A stretch of 62,027 bases of DNA from Candidatus Jorgensenbacteria bacterium GW2011_GWA1_48_11. Its GTDB lineage: Bacteria > Patescibacteriota > Minisyncoccia > UBA6257 > GWB1-50-10. Positions 8,563 through 17,961 of the stretch are shown here, in pieces (the first letter of the stretch is position 1; every line of letters starts with the position of its first letter). Below the pieces are notes generated by a model that was not told the DNA's origin, searched no databases, and saw nothing but the letters and a program-made list of their open reading frames with translations. Location of the stretch: NCBI GenBank assembly GCA_001003475.1, contig LCPF01000005.1, positions 5,486-67,512 of the forward strand. Direction: 5' to 3'. The position numbers and the translations under genes were made by a program.

Positions 8563-9039
8563 CTAGCGATTACCCTTGATAATGGCGTCTACTTGTTTGA
8601 TCTCATCTAAGATCCCGGGAATAATCTTGTATTTTTCCCCTTCCTGGATAGTAATCCAAGCCGAATCAACTATGTCCTTTCCCAAAACCACTTCCCCGCT
8701 CTGATAACGGCACCAATAAGAGAGGACCAGAACAGGAATATTGTCCGGCCGGATAAAAGTCATATCCGTCAAATAAGCAACATCCTTGACTTCCAGGCCG
8801 GCTTCTTCCTGAATTTCTTTCTTTAAGGTAAAAGCAACAATATTGTACCAATCATCGGTATTCGGAGTCTTCGGAAGCAATTCGTATTCATGCCGTACTA
8901 ATTTCCCGCCCGGCACGGTCCAATAACCGGGGTAGGCCACTTCCCTTTCCGAACGCTTTAAAATGAGATACTTGCCGTCTTTCTCGATGATGCCGGTAAT
9001 GACAACGATATGCAATCTTGGGTCTGGTTTGTTTTCCAT
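8563..9039 (-). CDS. NUDIX hydrolase
   Basis: GGK...x...KKEIQEEAGLEV is a Nudix-box-like segment, with a longer than usual insert. 158 aa. Confidence 0.7.
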   Translation of the reverse strand: MENKPDPRLHIVVITGIIEKDGKYLILKRSEREVAYPGYWTVPGGKLVRHEYELLPKTPNTDDWYNIVAFTLKKEIQEEAGLEVKDVAYLTDMTFIRPDNIPVLVLSYWCRYQSGEVVLGKDIVDSAWITIQEGEKYKIIPGILDEIKQVDAIIKGNR

Positions 9040-9041
9040 AA

Positions 9042-9662
9042 TTATTCCAAGATGCCGTCCAGATTCACGTCGTAGAGTATTTCCTCGCTCACCAATCTGT
9101 AGTTTATCAATTCTTTTTCATTGAACCACAAAACTATCTCCTTTTCCGCTTCCTCCGGCGAACCGGAAGCGTGAATGATGTTCCGCACAGCCCGGCCGTC
9201 AATATCCGAAACCTCATAGGAGTCGATCGTGAGATCGCCCCGAATCGTACCGACGTCCGAGGTTAAGGGTTCGGTGCCGCCCGTGATCTTCCGGACAATG
9301 CCCACGGCGTGCATACCCCGCCAAACCATGGCTACGACCGGACCTGAAACCATATAACGCTTTAAATTGTTCAAAATAATCTCGGTAATCTTCAAGGGAT
9401 CTTCCGATGGCGGCTTCTTGCCCTTTTTCCGGTAAGAATCGATTGTTTTCTGGCCGGTCTTCACCCGCCACTCCGGATCGATAAGATAATGCTTCTCGAT
9501 CAATTCCTTGGTCGGCACAAACATTTTCAAACCCACAAGTTTCAAGCCGCTTTGTTCATAGCGTTTTATCACCTCGCCTATCAAACCGCGCTGAACCCCG
9601 TCCGGCTTTATCAAAACTAATGTTCTTTCTTTTCTGGGATGATCCATGTCAGTCTTTTTCAC
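9042..9662 (-). CDS. ndk: Nucleoside diphosphate kinase (long form)
   Basis: ERTLVLIKPDGVQRGLIGEVI and NIIHASGSPEEAEKEIVLWF. An internal insert of ~50 aa is present relative to ~140-aa Ndk proteins. Confidence 0.85.
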   Translation of the reverse strand: MKKTDMDHPRKERTLVLIKPDGVQRGLIGEVIKRYEQSGLKLVGLKMFVPTKELIEKHYLIDPEWRVKTGQKTIDSYRKKGKKPPSEDPLKITEIILNNLKRYMVSGPVVAMVWRGMHAVGIVRKITGGTEPLTSDVGTIRGDLTIDSYEVSDIDGRAVRNIIHASGSPEEAEKEIVLWFNEKELINYRLVSEEILYDVNLDGILE

Positions 9663-11118
9663 CTATTTTCAAATGCAGCTCTTTTAATTGACCCTTTGAA
9701 ACCTCGCTCGGCGCTTCAGTCATAAGGTCGCGACCGTCGCCGGTTTTGGGCAAGGCGATCACTTCCCGGATATTCGGCTCGTTCTCGAGGATCATGACGA
9801 GCCGGTCCAGACCCCAGGCAATGCCGCCGTGCGGGGGCGTGCCGAAGGAAAATGCCTGCAGCATATGGCCGAAATTTTCATTAATCTTTTTATCGTCCAT
9901 GCCCATGATGGAAAGGACGGCTTTCAAGGCATTGGGTTTGTGGTTACGGATGCTCCCGCCGCCGATTTCCCAGCCGTTCAAAGCAATGTCGTACTGGCTC
10001 GCGATGATTTTGGGAATGTTTTTTTGCGCGAGCAAATCCGCCATAAATTCGTCCTTGGGCGCGGAAAAAGGATTGTGCGTGAAGGTCCAAACTTCTTTAG
10101 AAGTTTGTGGTGAGCCTGTCGAACCACTACCGCTCGACCCTTCGACGAGCTCAGGGTGAGCTCGTTTCGATTCTGGCTCTACTCGCTCAAAGAACGGAAA
10201 ATCAATGATCCAGCAAAAAGCCAGAAGATTTGGGTCATTCTTATCCTTTCTTAAATCCGGCCGGTCATTGCCGTATTTTTTCACTACTTCCTCGTAAGTC
10301 AGGCGCGGAAAAGGAATTTCCTGGATTTTCTTTTCGGGATAGAGCTTTTGGATGATGGCAATGAGGAGTTTTTCGTTCAATTCCATCACGTCCTCGCGCT
10401 TCACAAAGCTCATCTCAAGATCCAACTGGGTAAATTCGGGCTGGCGGTCGCCGCGCGTATCCTCGTCCCGGAAACACCGGGCGATCTGGTAATAGCGCTC
10501 GAAGCCGGCCACCATCATCAACTGTTTGTACTGCTGGGGCGCCTGGGGCAAAGCGTAGAATTTACCGGGATGGAGCCGGGCCGGCACGAGATAATCCCGC
10601 GCTCCCTCGGGCGTGGACTTGCCCAGGATCGGCGTTTCGATTTCCGTAAATTCCTCGTTATCCAAAAAACTCCGGATGAAATTGATCAGCCTTGAGCGAT
10701 GCCGGATATTCTTCTGCAAGCGCGGCCGCCGCAAATCCAGATAGCGATATTTCATCCGCACTTCTTCGCTGACATCCAAGCCTCCGGTTGCCACGTCAAA
10801 AGGCGGCGTTTCCGCTTTGGCCAATATTTCCAAATTTTTGGCCGAGATTTCATAATGGCCGCTGGGGATTTTAGAATTTTCCATTCCTTTCGGCCGTTTG
10901 CGCACCTCGCCTTTCAAATCGATCACGAACTCGGAACGCAAGCTATCCGCTTTTTCATGCAAGGCCTTATCGGCAAAAACCACCTGGGCCAAGCCGCTCC
11001 GGTCCCGAAAATCAATGAAAATCAGCTTGCCGTGGTCGCGCCGCGTTTCTACCCAACCGGCCAGTTCGATTTCCTTGCCTTCGAATTTTTCGATATCTTT
11101 AGTTAAAACCCGAGCCAT
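9649..11118 (-). CDS. aspS: Aspartyl-tRNA synthetase, bacterial type without the GAD insertion domain
   Basis: FRDEDTRGDRQPEFTQLDLEMSF (motif 2), GGGSIRNH, and GTPPHGGIAWGLDRLVM (motif 3). YGNDRPDLRKDKNDPNLLAFCWIIDFPFFE joins directly where E. coli AspRS carries its ~130-aa GAD domain. Confidence 0.92.
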   Translation of the reverse strand: MARVLTKDIEKFEGKEIELAGWVETRRDHGKLIFIDFRDRSGLAQVVFADKALHEKADSLRSEFVIDLKGEVRKRPKGMENSKIPSGHYEISAKNLEILAKAETPPFDVATGGLDVSEEVRMKYRYLDLRRPRLQKNIRHRSRLINFIRSFLDNEEFTEIETPILGKSTPEGARDYLVPARLHPGKFYALPQAPQQYKQLMMVAGFERYYQIARCFRDEDTRGDRQPEFTQLDLEMSFVKREDVMELNEKLLIAIIQKLYPEKKIQEIPFPRLTYEEVVKKYGNDRPDLRKDKNDPNLLAFCWIIDFPFFERVEPESKRAHPELVEGSSGSGSTGSPQTSKEVWTFTHNPFSAPKDEFMADLLAQKNIPKIIASQYDIALNGWEIGGGSIRNHKPNALKAVLSIMGMDDKKINENFGHMLQAFSFGTPPHGGIAWGLDRLVMILENEPNIREVIALPKTGDGRDLMTEAPSEVSKGQLKELHLKIGEKD

Positions 11119-11198
11119 TTGTATGGTCTTATTCTAACTTATTTCGCTAAAAATTCTAGTTTGACGATACTAATCATAAGAATAGAATAAATTCGCAA

Positions 11199-12290
11199 AT
11201 GAACTTTAAGCCCAAATTATCAACTGCCCCCATAGACAAAAGAGCGAATTTTTATGACGTTTTCGGAGATTATCTGGAAAAGCATAAATGGTTACATGTT
11301 CGCGGAATAGCGAATAAAAATATACCAACGATAACACTTAAAGGACTACAAGAAGCAAAAGAGAACGCAGCAAAAGTGCTCATAAAAGAATACTCAGCAA
11401 ATCCATCAGTAAAAGACTTCAGGATAAATATCGAAACAGCAATAAAAAATCAAGGCAAAAAAACTAACGATTCTTTATCAGAGGCGATTCTAGCCACAGC
11501 GAAAAACCTAGAAATCGTGGAAAAATTCACTGAAGCCGCTTCAATATTTACTGAAAGCATGTTAATGACCGGTTCAAATGCATGGGGACCATTCTACGCC
11601 GTAAAAGGAAAATCTGACATTGATTTGTTGATAACCGGGGATTTAAACCAATTGAACCAAGTAGTCGATAATTATGTATCGGAAAGATTAATAGAACCTC
11701 ACGAAAAACAAAGATTCGCTGTGTACAGAAAACTTTATGAAGAAAAAAAGGTAGATCAATTTTCGTTAATCTCTAACTATAAAAATACTGCCGTAAGCTT
11801 AGATTTTCTTCCAATAGAATTGGTCAAAGATATGGCCGATCTTAATCCATTAATAACACGCTCTTATAAAGATGATTTGGGTCTGATTAATGTAAGAATC
11901 GTAAGAGAGTTTAGGCCAAATATGCCAAGAGCTGAAGGTTATACGATAGACAATTTAAGAGGATCAAAAAACGCAATTTTTCACTCTAATTTTGAAAAAA
12001 TAAAATACAAACAGAATATAATTGGTTATCTTTCTGAGACTTTAGTTGATGGACAAGCAATTTATAATAAAAAACCAACCTACTTCCTGGGCGTGATGTC
12101 TTTCTTTTTGGGGGTAAATCCTGTTGTTCTCTTCGATAAGAATAGAAAATTGACCGAAGCAATCAAAACCCTGCACTCCAATGTCAAAAAAGTGATGCAA
12201 AAGAAGAAACCTGTTTATATTACTCGCCAGGAAAGAATGCCGAAATATTCCCTAGAACAAGCTAAAAAATCTTTCTCTCAAAAAAACTAA
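11199..12290 (+). CDS. Nucleotidyltransferase-fold protein (hypothetical)
   Basis: GSNAWGPFYAVKGKSDIDLLI resembles the G[SG]-x(9-13)-D-x-D pol-beta NTase signature. AT-rich gene. Confidence 0.5.
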   Translation: MNFKPKLSTAPIDKRANFYDVFGDYLEKHKWLHVRGIANKNIPTITLKGLQEAKENAAKVLIKEYSANPSVKDFRINIETAIKNQGKKTNDSLSEAILATAKNLEIVEKFTEAASIFTESMLMTGSNAWGPFYAVKGKSDIDLLITGDLNQLNQVVDNYVSERLIEPHEKQRFAVYRKLYEEKKVDQFSLISNYKNTAVSLDFLPIELVKDMADLNPLITRSYKDDLGLINVRIVREFRPNMPRAEGYTIDNLRGSKNAIFHSNFEKIKYKQNIIGYLSETLVDGQAIYNKKPTYFLGVMSFFLGVNPVVLFDKNRKLTEAIKTLHSNVKKVMQKKKPVYITRQERMPKYSLEQAKKSFSQKN

Positions 12291-12357
12291 GATACCTCTA
12301 AATCACTTAAAATCCCATTATCTTCCTGAAAAATTCTAACGGTGTTAGAATAAAATC

Positions 12358-12975
12358 ATGCAAAAGATTCAAGTTTTAATAGTGCATGGCGGTAATACCC
12401 TCCGAAATCAAAAGGATTATCTGCGCTATCTCAAGACAAGAAAAATCTCAACGAAGAAAAAAATACCTTGGACCGGCGATTATCTGGAAAAGAACCTGGG
12501 TAAGAGGTTCGAAATAATCGCGCCACGCATGCCATTACAAGACAATGCAAAGTATCGCGACTGGAAAATTTTCTTCAAAAGACATCTTCCATTTTTGAGG
12601 AATAAATTTATTTTGATAGGCTCTTCTCTCGGCGGAATTTTTCTCGCTAAATATCTCTCTGAGAATAAATTACCCAAGAAGGCTCTATCGGTATACTTAG
12701 TCTGCCCGCCTTTTGATAACACCCTGCCAGGCGAAGATTTGGTCGGTGGCTTTAAGCTGGGAAACGATTTATCTTTAATTGAAAAAAATTCAAAAAATCT
12801 TCATCTGTTATTCTCAAAAGACGATGCTACCGTTCCGGTCTCTCACGCTGAAAAATACGGAAAGAAACTGAAAAATGCAAAGATTATCATCTATAAGAGC
12901 AAAAACGGACACTTTCAGATATCTAAATTTCCTGAAATCATCAGAATGATCAAGGAAGACATCAGGCGAGAATAG
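12358..12975 (+). CDS. Alpha/beta hydrolase (YdeN/RBBP9-like serine hydrolase)
   Basis: VLIVHGG start, nucleophile elbow LIGSSLGG, and a C-terminal GH. 205 aa. Confidence 0.6.
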   Translation: MQKIQVLIVHGGNTLRNQKDYLRYLKTRKISTKKKIPWTGDYLEKNLGKRFEIIAPRMPLQDNAKYRDWKIFFKRHLPFLRNKFILIGSSLGGIFLAKYLSENKLPKKALSVYLVCPPFDNTLPGEDLVGGFKLGNDLSLIEKNSKNLHLLFSKDDATVPVSHAEKYGKKLKNAKIIIYKSKNGHFQISKFPEIIRMIKEDIRRE

Positions 12976-13008
12976 ATTTCCTATCTTGATTTTCCTGAAA
13001 AATTCTAA

Positions 13009-13635
13009 ATGGACAAAAACAAGAAAGCAATCGAGATATACGACTACATAGCCGAGGAATACGCGAAAAGGTTCGACGCCATTGTTTCGGACGAAGATCT
13101 GAAATTTCTGAATATATTTCTATCCCATCTGAAACCGGGATCGCATATCGTTGATTTGGGTTGCGGAACCGGATTTTCGTCGGGCTATTTCGCGAAAAAA
13201 GGAATGAAAACACAGGGAGTGGATCTTTCTTCAAATATGATTTCCATCGCCAAAAGAAACTATTCCGAAATCAATTTCTCGATCGCCGATATGAGGGAAT
13301 TTATGCCGGAAGAAAAAGTTGATGCGGTATGGGCGGGATATTCCCTATTCCATTTCGAAAAGATCCATCTCGAAAAAACGCTTGAAAGTATCAAAAGCTA
13401 TCTCCGACCGCAAGGCATCCTCGGCATCGTGATGCAGGGAGGAAACGGCGAAGTGGAAATCACGGAACCGTTCATGCCAAGCGAAAAGATATACATTCGC
13501 TTATACACCCAAGAAGAACTCATAAAACTCCTTCAGCAATACGGATTCGAAATAATCGATCAAAATGTCAAAAAAGCCGCTGATTACGAATTCCCCTACG
13601 ATAAGATTTTGCTGATAGCCAAATTCCAGTCATAA
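13009..13635 (+). CDS. Class I SAM-dependent methyltransferase
   Basis: Motif I IVDLGCGTG. 208 aa. Confidence 0.8.
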   Translation: MDKNKKAIEIYDYIAEEYAKRFDAIVSDEDLKFLNIFLSHLKPGSHIVDLGCGTGFSSGYFAKKGMKTQGVDLSSNMISIAKRNYSEINFSIADMREFMPEEKVDAVWAGYSLFHFEKIHLEKTLESIKSYLRPQGILGIVMQGGNGEVEITEPFMPSEKIYIRLYTQEELIKLLQQYGFEIIDQNVKKAADYEFPYDKILLIAKFQS

Positions 13636-13643
13636 AAACAGCG

Positions 13644-13670
13644 CGGCCACCAGGAAAATCCTGGCGGCCG
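13644..13670. terminator. Hairpin between convergent genes
   Basis: CGGCCACCAGG-AAAAT-CCTGGCGGCCG (11-bp stem with one wobble). Confidence 0.5.
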
Positions 13671-13724
13671 GTTAAGGTTTGCGGAGCGAGAGCACGGTCA
13701 AGGCCAAGGTATAGAGAGCCTGAT

Positions 13725-15770
13725 TCAAGCAGTCAATTCCCGGATCAATCTTTCAGTTTTATAAACCCTTTTCAAAAGATCGAGGATGCCGGCGGCATGC
13801 ACGGAAACGCTCCGCGACGGATCAACCGCGTGCTTGATGTACACGAAAGTGTTGCCCAAACTCTGCAGATTGCCGTCGAAAAGCAACCCGACGATTCGGA
13901 GATCTTTATCTATGACCGGACTGCCGGAATTACCGCCGTGCGAATCATGGGTCGTGACAAAATTCAAACACTTCGTGTCCGACAAAAGCTCTTCCTTGTG
14001 CTCCAGCCAGCTTTTCGGCAATTGCCACGGTTTTTCATTGTTGTGCTTTTCGGCGTGGGCAAACGTCCCGCTAATGGTCGTTTGATAGGGAAAGTCTATT
14101 CCCCCGTCGGCATAACCCAAGGGCATGCCGAAAGCGAAACGAAGGGTAAAAGTGGCATCGGGATAGATATCCTCGCCGTACAGGGCGAATTTCGCCTCGG
14201 CGATTTTGGCGTAGGCCCGCTCGCGCACTTCCTCCACTTCCGATTCAAAAATCTTCCTGACGGCCCTGGCCCCATCATCGATCAGGCGGGCAAGCAGGAT
14301 GAAATGATCATTGGATTCGGCAATGACTTTCTTGCCGCCGGCCGCGAGCCTTTTCCTTTCTTCGACATCGCCCAGCTTCGTGCCGGAGACAAGCTTTTGG
14401 GCGCGCCCAACCGGGCTTTTGCCGGCAAGAACCTGCTTTACCAAAATATTCTCAAAGCCCAACGTTTCAGCAAGCAATGCCAATGAATCGGCGAGCGTAT
14501 GCTCCTCAAGATCGCTGTAAATCGGCGCCGGCGAGAAAAGCTTCTCCAATAAAGAATCCAGGCTTGCTTCAGCGTATTCCCGCAGCCTTTCGGAATTCGG
14601 CTTTTCATTTTCGTCGGCCAGACGGACCAGCGTTCGGGCAATCCCGAAATACCGGCTCAAGAAACCAAGGCCGTTTTCGAGTAAATTGAGCTCGTTGCGG
14701 ATCGTAAGGACTTTTGCTTCGGCTTTTTCCACCATTGCCCAGGCATCGCCGTACCTGGCTTTCATTTCGGGATCAACACTGACTCGATTGCGCAATTCTT
14801 CTTCGCGTTCGAGTATTGCCGCCATGAAATCCGGATCTTCGATCGCGGCGAGTTGCCCCACCAGGCGTTTGCGTTGATTCTGGACGCTATGAATGGGACG
14901 CTGGGCCCGGCGCTCATTCTCGGCGCTCCGGCCGGCATATTGCTGTAAGGAAATCTCCTGCCGTCTCAGCAAGTTCAGCTGGTAGGGCAAGCCGAAATCA
15001 CGCAAATATTTTATCCTGGCGGAAGTGCTTAGCCGGTCGGTGTGGCCGGGATGGCCCGAGACGAACTGCAGATCTTTCTCCTTGGAATTTTCCGTCGCCC
15101 ATTTGAAAAAATATTCGGTCTCAAGGGGCTTCTCATTCTCATAAACCCGGAAGAAAGCCACGTCCAGGGAATAACGAGGGTATTCGTAGTTGTCGAAATC
15201 GCCGCCGAAATTGGCGATGTCGTGCTCGGGCGCGAAAACGAGCCGGATATCGGTGTATTTTCTGTAACGATAAAGATGGTATTGCCCGCCCTGATACAGG
15301 GTCACGACATCGCTCCGCAGGCGGGTGGCCTCGAAAGATTCTTTTTCAATGCGGACGATTTCGGCTTTCTTCGCTTCCTTGGACTCGTCGGTGCTCATCT
15401 CGGGCGTAACCGCCCCCAAGACGCGCTCGGTCACGTCCTCGATTTCCCAAAGAATGTTCACCTCGAGCTGCGGCGCCTTGATCTCTTTCTCCAGGGATTC
15501 AGCATAAAAACCGTCAGCAATATAATCCTTCTGCGGCGAGCTTAAATCGCCGAGAATGCTTTCGGCAACGTGGTGGTTGGTAACAAGAAGTCCTTGGGGC
15601 GATACAAACGAAGCCGAACCGCCGTTATTCATCCGAACGGACGCCTTTTGGACGCGTTCGGCCCAGCCAGGCTTCGGCTCAAAACCGTACAGCTCCTTCA
15701 GCCTCTTTAGGGGCAACGCGTTCGGCAGCCACATTCCCTCATCGCCCCGCAAAATAGATTGTTCCGCCAT
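13725..15770 (-). CDS. S46 family serine dipeptidyl-peptidase (DPP7/DPP11-like)
   Basis: N-terminal DEGMWLP, catalytic LVTNHHV (His), DVAFFRV (Asp) and GGNSGSPV (Ser). 681 aa. Confidence 0.85.
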   Translation of the reverse strand: MAEQSILRGDEGMWLPNALPLKRLKELYGFEPKPGWAERVQKASVRMNNGGSASFVSPQGLLVTNHHVAESILGDLSSPQKDYIADGFYAESLEKEIKAPQLEVNILWEIEDVTERVLGAVTPEMSTDESKEAKKAEIVRIEKESFEATRLRSDVVTLYQGGQYHLYRYRKYTDIRLVFAPEHDIANFGGDFDNYEYPRYSLDVAFFRVYENEKPLETEYFFKWATENSKEKDLQFVSGHPGHTDRLSTSARIKYLRDFGLPYQLNLLRRQEISLQQYAGRSAENERRAQRPIHSVQNQRKRLVGQLAAIEDPDFMAAILEREEELRNRVSVDPEMKARYGDAWAMVEKAEAKVLTIRNELNLLENGLGFLSRYFGIARTLVRLADENEKPNSERLREYAEASLDSLLEKLFSPAPIYSDLEEHTLADSLALLAETLGFENILVKQVLAGKSPVGRAQKLVSGTKLGDVEERKRLAAGGKKVIAESNDHFILLARLIDDGARAVRKIFESEVEEVRERAYAKIAEAKFALYGEDIYPDATFTLRFAFGMPLGYADGGIDFPYQTTISGTFAHAEKHNNEKPWQLPKSWLEHKEELLSDTKCLNFVTTHDSHGGNSGSPVIDKDLRIVGLLFDGNLQSLGNTFVYIKHAVDPSRSVSVHAAGILDLLKRVYKTERLIRELTA

Positions 15771-15818
15771 TTTTATGGATATTAATCCATTTTCCCCAAA
15801 AATTCTAATCGTGCTAAA

Positions 15819-16103
15819 ATGACGAAAATAACAATGCTGGAAAAGCCGCCCAAAAACCAGGAATCCGCTTATGACCGGATTAAAAATCTGACAATGGGAG
15901 CTTTGGAAAAACTCGGCGATGAAGGATATTTAGAAAGAATTCTTGCTTTCGCGAAAAAACTCCAGGGCCGCCATCCCGACTTCCAGAAATATAAGTGCTA
16001 CCACGCCTTGATCGGCAGTACGCCTCCGCCGGACTCGATTGACGGAGACTTTGAAGGCGAAGATTCAGTGGAAGAATTTTTCCAATCAATCTTATTGGAA
16101 TAG
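15819..16103 (+). CDS. Hypothetical acidic protein
   Basis: 94-aa ORF. The extended -10 TGCTAAAAT overlaps the first ATG, so the start may be the M6 codon at 15834. Confidence 0.45.
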   Translation: MTKITMLEKPPKNQESAYDRIKNLTMGALEKLGDEGYLERILAFAKKLQGRHPDFQKYKCYHALIGSTPPPDSIDGDFEGEDSVEEFFQSILLE

Positions 16104-16169
16104 CCGGAGATTTGTCCCAAAAACCGTTATTTTTTGTAAAAAACCTTAATGGTGATAGAATGAAGCGCC

Positions 16170-17957
16170 ATGAAGGAGATCAGAAACATCGCCATTATTG
16201 CCCACGTTGACCACGGCAAAACCACCTTGGTTGATTCGCTTTTGAAGCAATCCGAAACCGACCTCGGCAAATCCGCCGGCAAGGACCTGATAATGGACTC
16301 AAACGAGCTTGAACGCGAGCGCGGCATTACGATTTTCTCCAAAAACGCCTCGGTGATGCACAAAGGAGTCAAAATCAACATCATCGACACGCCGGGCCAC
16401 GCCGATTTCGGCGGCGAAGTGGAAAGGGTTTTGAATATGGCCGACGGCGCCCTTCTTTTGATCGACGCCCAAGAAGGGACGATGCCTCAAACCCGTTTCG
16501 TCCTCAAAAAAGCCCTTCTAATCGGCCTCAAGATCATCGTTGTCATCAACAAGATCGACAAGCCGAACGCCCGGATAAATTACGTGCTCGAAAAAACCAT
16601 CGAGCTTTTCATCGAATTAGGTGCCACGAACGACCAGATCAATTTTCCAATTGTTTACGCTTCGGGAAAACTCGGCAAGGCCGGCCTCGAACCGAAGCTC
16701 GAAACAATGAAAAGCATCGAACCTTTGTTCGAAACGATCGTTGAATTCATCCCCGCGCCCGGATCCGACGCGGCATCGCCGCTCCAAATCATGATCGTTT
16801 CCGTTTCTTACGACAACTACAAGGGTAAGGTCGGCGTCGGCCGGATCGCGAAGGGTACGATCAAGAACAACGAACGCGTCTCGCGGATCACGCGTGACGG
16901 GAAAATTACAGAACACAAAATAACGTCGCTCTTAGCCTTTACCGGACTTTTAAAATCCGAGGTGCCGGAGCTTTCGGCCGGGGACATCGCGGTCATTGCC
17001 GGCATCGAGGGAATAAATATCGGCGACACGATCGCGAGCGCGGAAAATCCGGTTACCTTGCCGCCAGTCCTGATCGAGAAACCGACGGTGAAGATGATCT
17101 TCAGCACGAACAATTCCCCTTTTGCCGGCACCGAGGGCAAATACTGCACCTCGAGAAACCTTAAAGAAAGGCTCGAGAAAGAATTGGACAATGACGTGGC
17201 CCTCGAGGTCGTGCCCGGCAAATCGGCCGATGAATTCGTCGTGAGCGGCCGCGGCGAGCTTCACTTGGGAATCCTGATCGAGAAAATGCGGCGCGAAAGC
17301 TACGAACTCCAGGCTTCGAGGCCGGAAGTGGTCTTAAAGGAAGAAAACGGAAAAATCCTCGAGCCCGCCGAAGACGTTTGGATAGACGTGCCGGAAAAAT
17401 ATTCCGGCGCCATCATCCAGAAAATGAGCATTCGAAAAGGCGAGCTCAAGAACATGAGCGTCGAGAACAATATGGCTTCATTCCACTTCTTCATTCCGAC
17501 ACGGGGGCTCATCGGCTTTCGGAACGAACTGCTTTTGGAGACCAAAGGCACGGGCGTTATCAATTCCCTTTTCGCCGGCTATTTCCCGAAATTTGGGGAC
17601 TTCCAAACCTGCCCGCACGGTTCATTGATCGCCCACGAAACCGGCACCACGACCGCCTACGGCCTTTTGAATGCCCAGGAACGGGGCGTGATGTTCGTGC
17701 CGCCGGGCGTCGAAGTCTACGAGGGCCAGGTGGTGGGCGAAAACGCGAAAGAAAAAGACCTGGTCGTCCATGTCTGCCGCGAAAAGCAGCTTACGAACTT
17801 CCGGGCCAAGACCGACGCCGTGACCGACGACCTCATCCCTTTCCGCGAAATGACCCTGGAGCAATGTCTGGAGTATATCGGCGAAGACGAACTCGTAGAA
17901 GTAACGCCGAAGAGCATCCGGATGAGAAAAAGAATACTGAAGAATAATTTAAGATAA
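16170..17957 (+). CDS. typA: Translational GTPase TypA/BipA
   Basis: [45 protein letters not shown]. 595 aa. Confidence 0.95.
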   Translation: MKEIRNIAIIAHVDHGKTTLVDSLLKQSETDLGKSAGKDLIMDSNELERERGITIFSKNASVMHKGVKINIIDTPGHADFGGEVERVLNMADGALLLIDAQEGTMPQTRFVLKKALLIGLKIIVVINKIDKPNARINYVLEKTIELFIELGATNDQINFPIVYASGKLGKAGLEPKLETMKSIEPLFETIVEFIPAPGSDAASPLQIMIVSVSYDNYKGKVGVGRIAKGTIKNNERVSRITRDGKITEHKITSLLAFTGLLKSEVPELSAGDIAVIAGIEGINIGDTIASAENPVTLPPVLIEKPTVKMIFSTNNSPFAGTEGKYCTSRNLKERLEKELDNDVALEVVPGKSADEFVVSGRGELHLGILIEKMRRESYELQASRPEVVLKEENGKILEPAEDVWIDVPEKYSGAIIQKMSIRKGELKNMSVENNMASFHFFIPTRGLIGFRNELLLETKGTGVINSLFAGYFPKFGDFQTCPHGSLIAHETGTTTAYGLLNAQERGVMFVPPGVEVYEGQVVGENAKEKDLVVHVCREKQLTNFRAKTDAVTDDLIPFREMTLEQCLEYIGEDELVEVTPKSIRMRKRILKNNLR

Positions 17958-17961
17958 CAGC

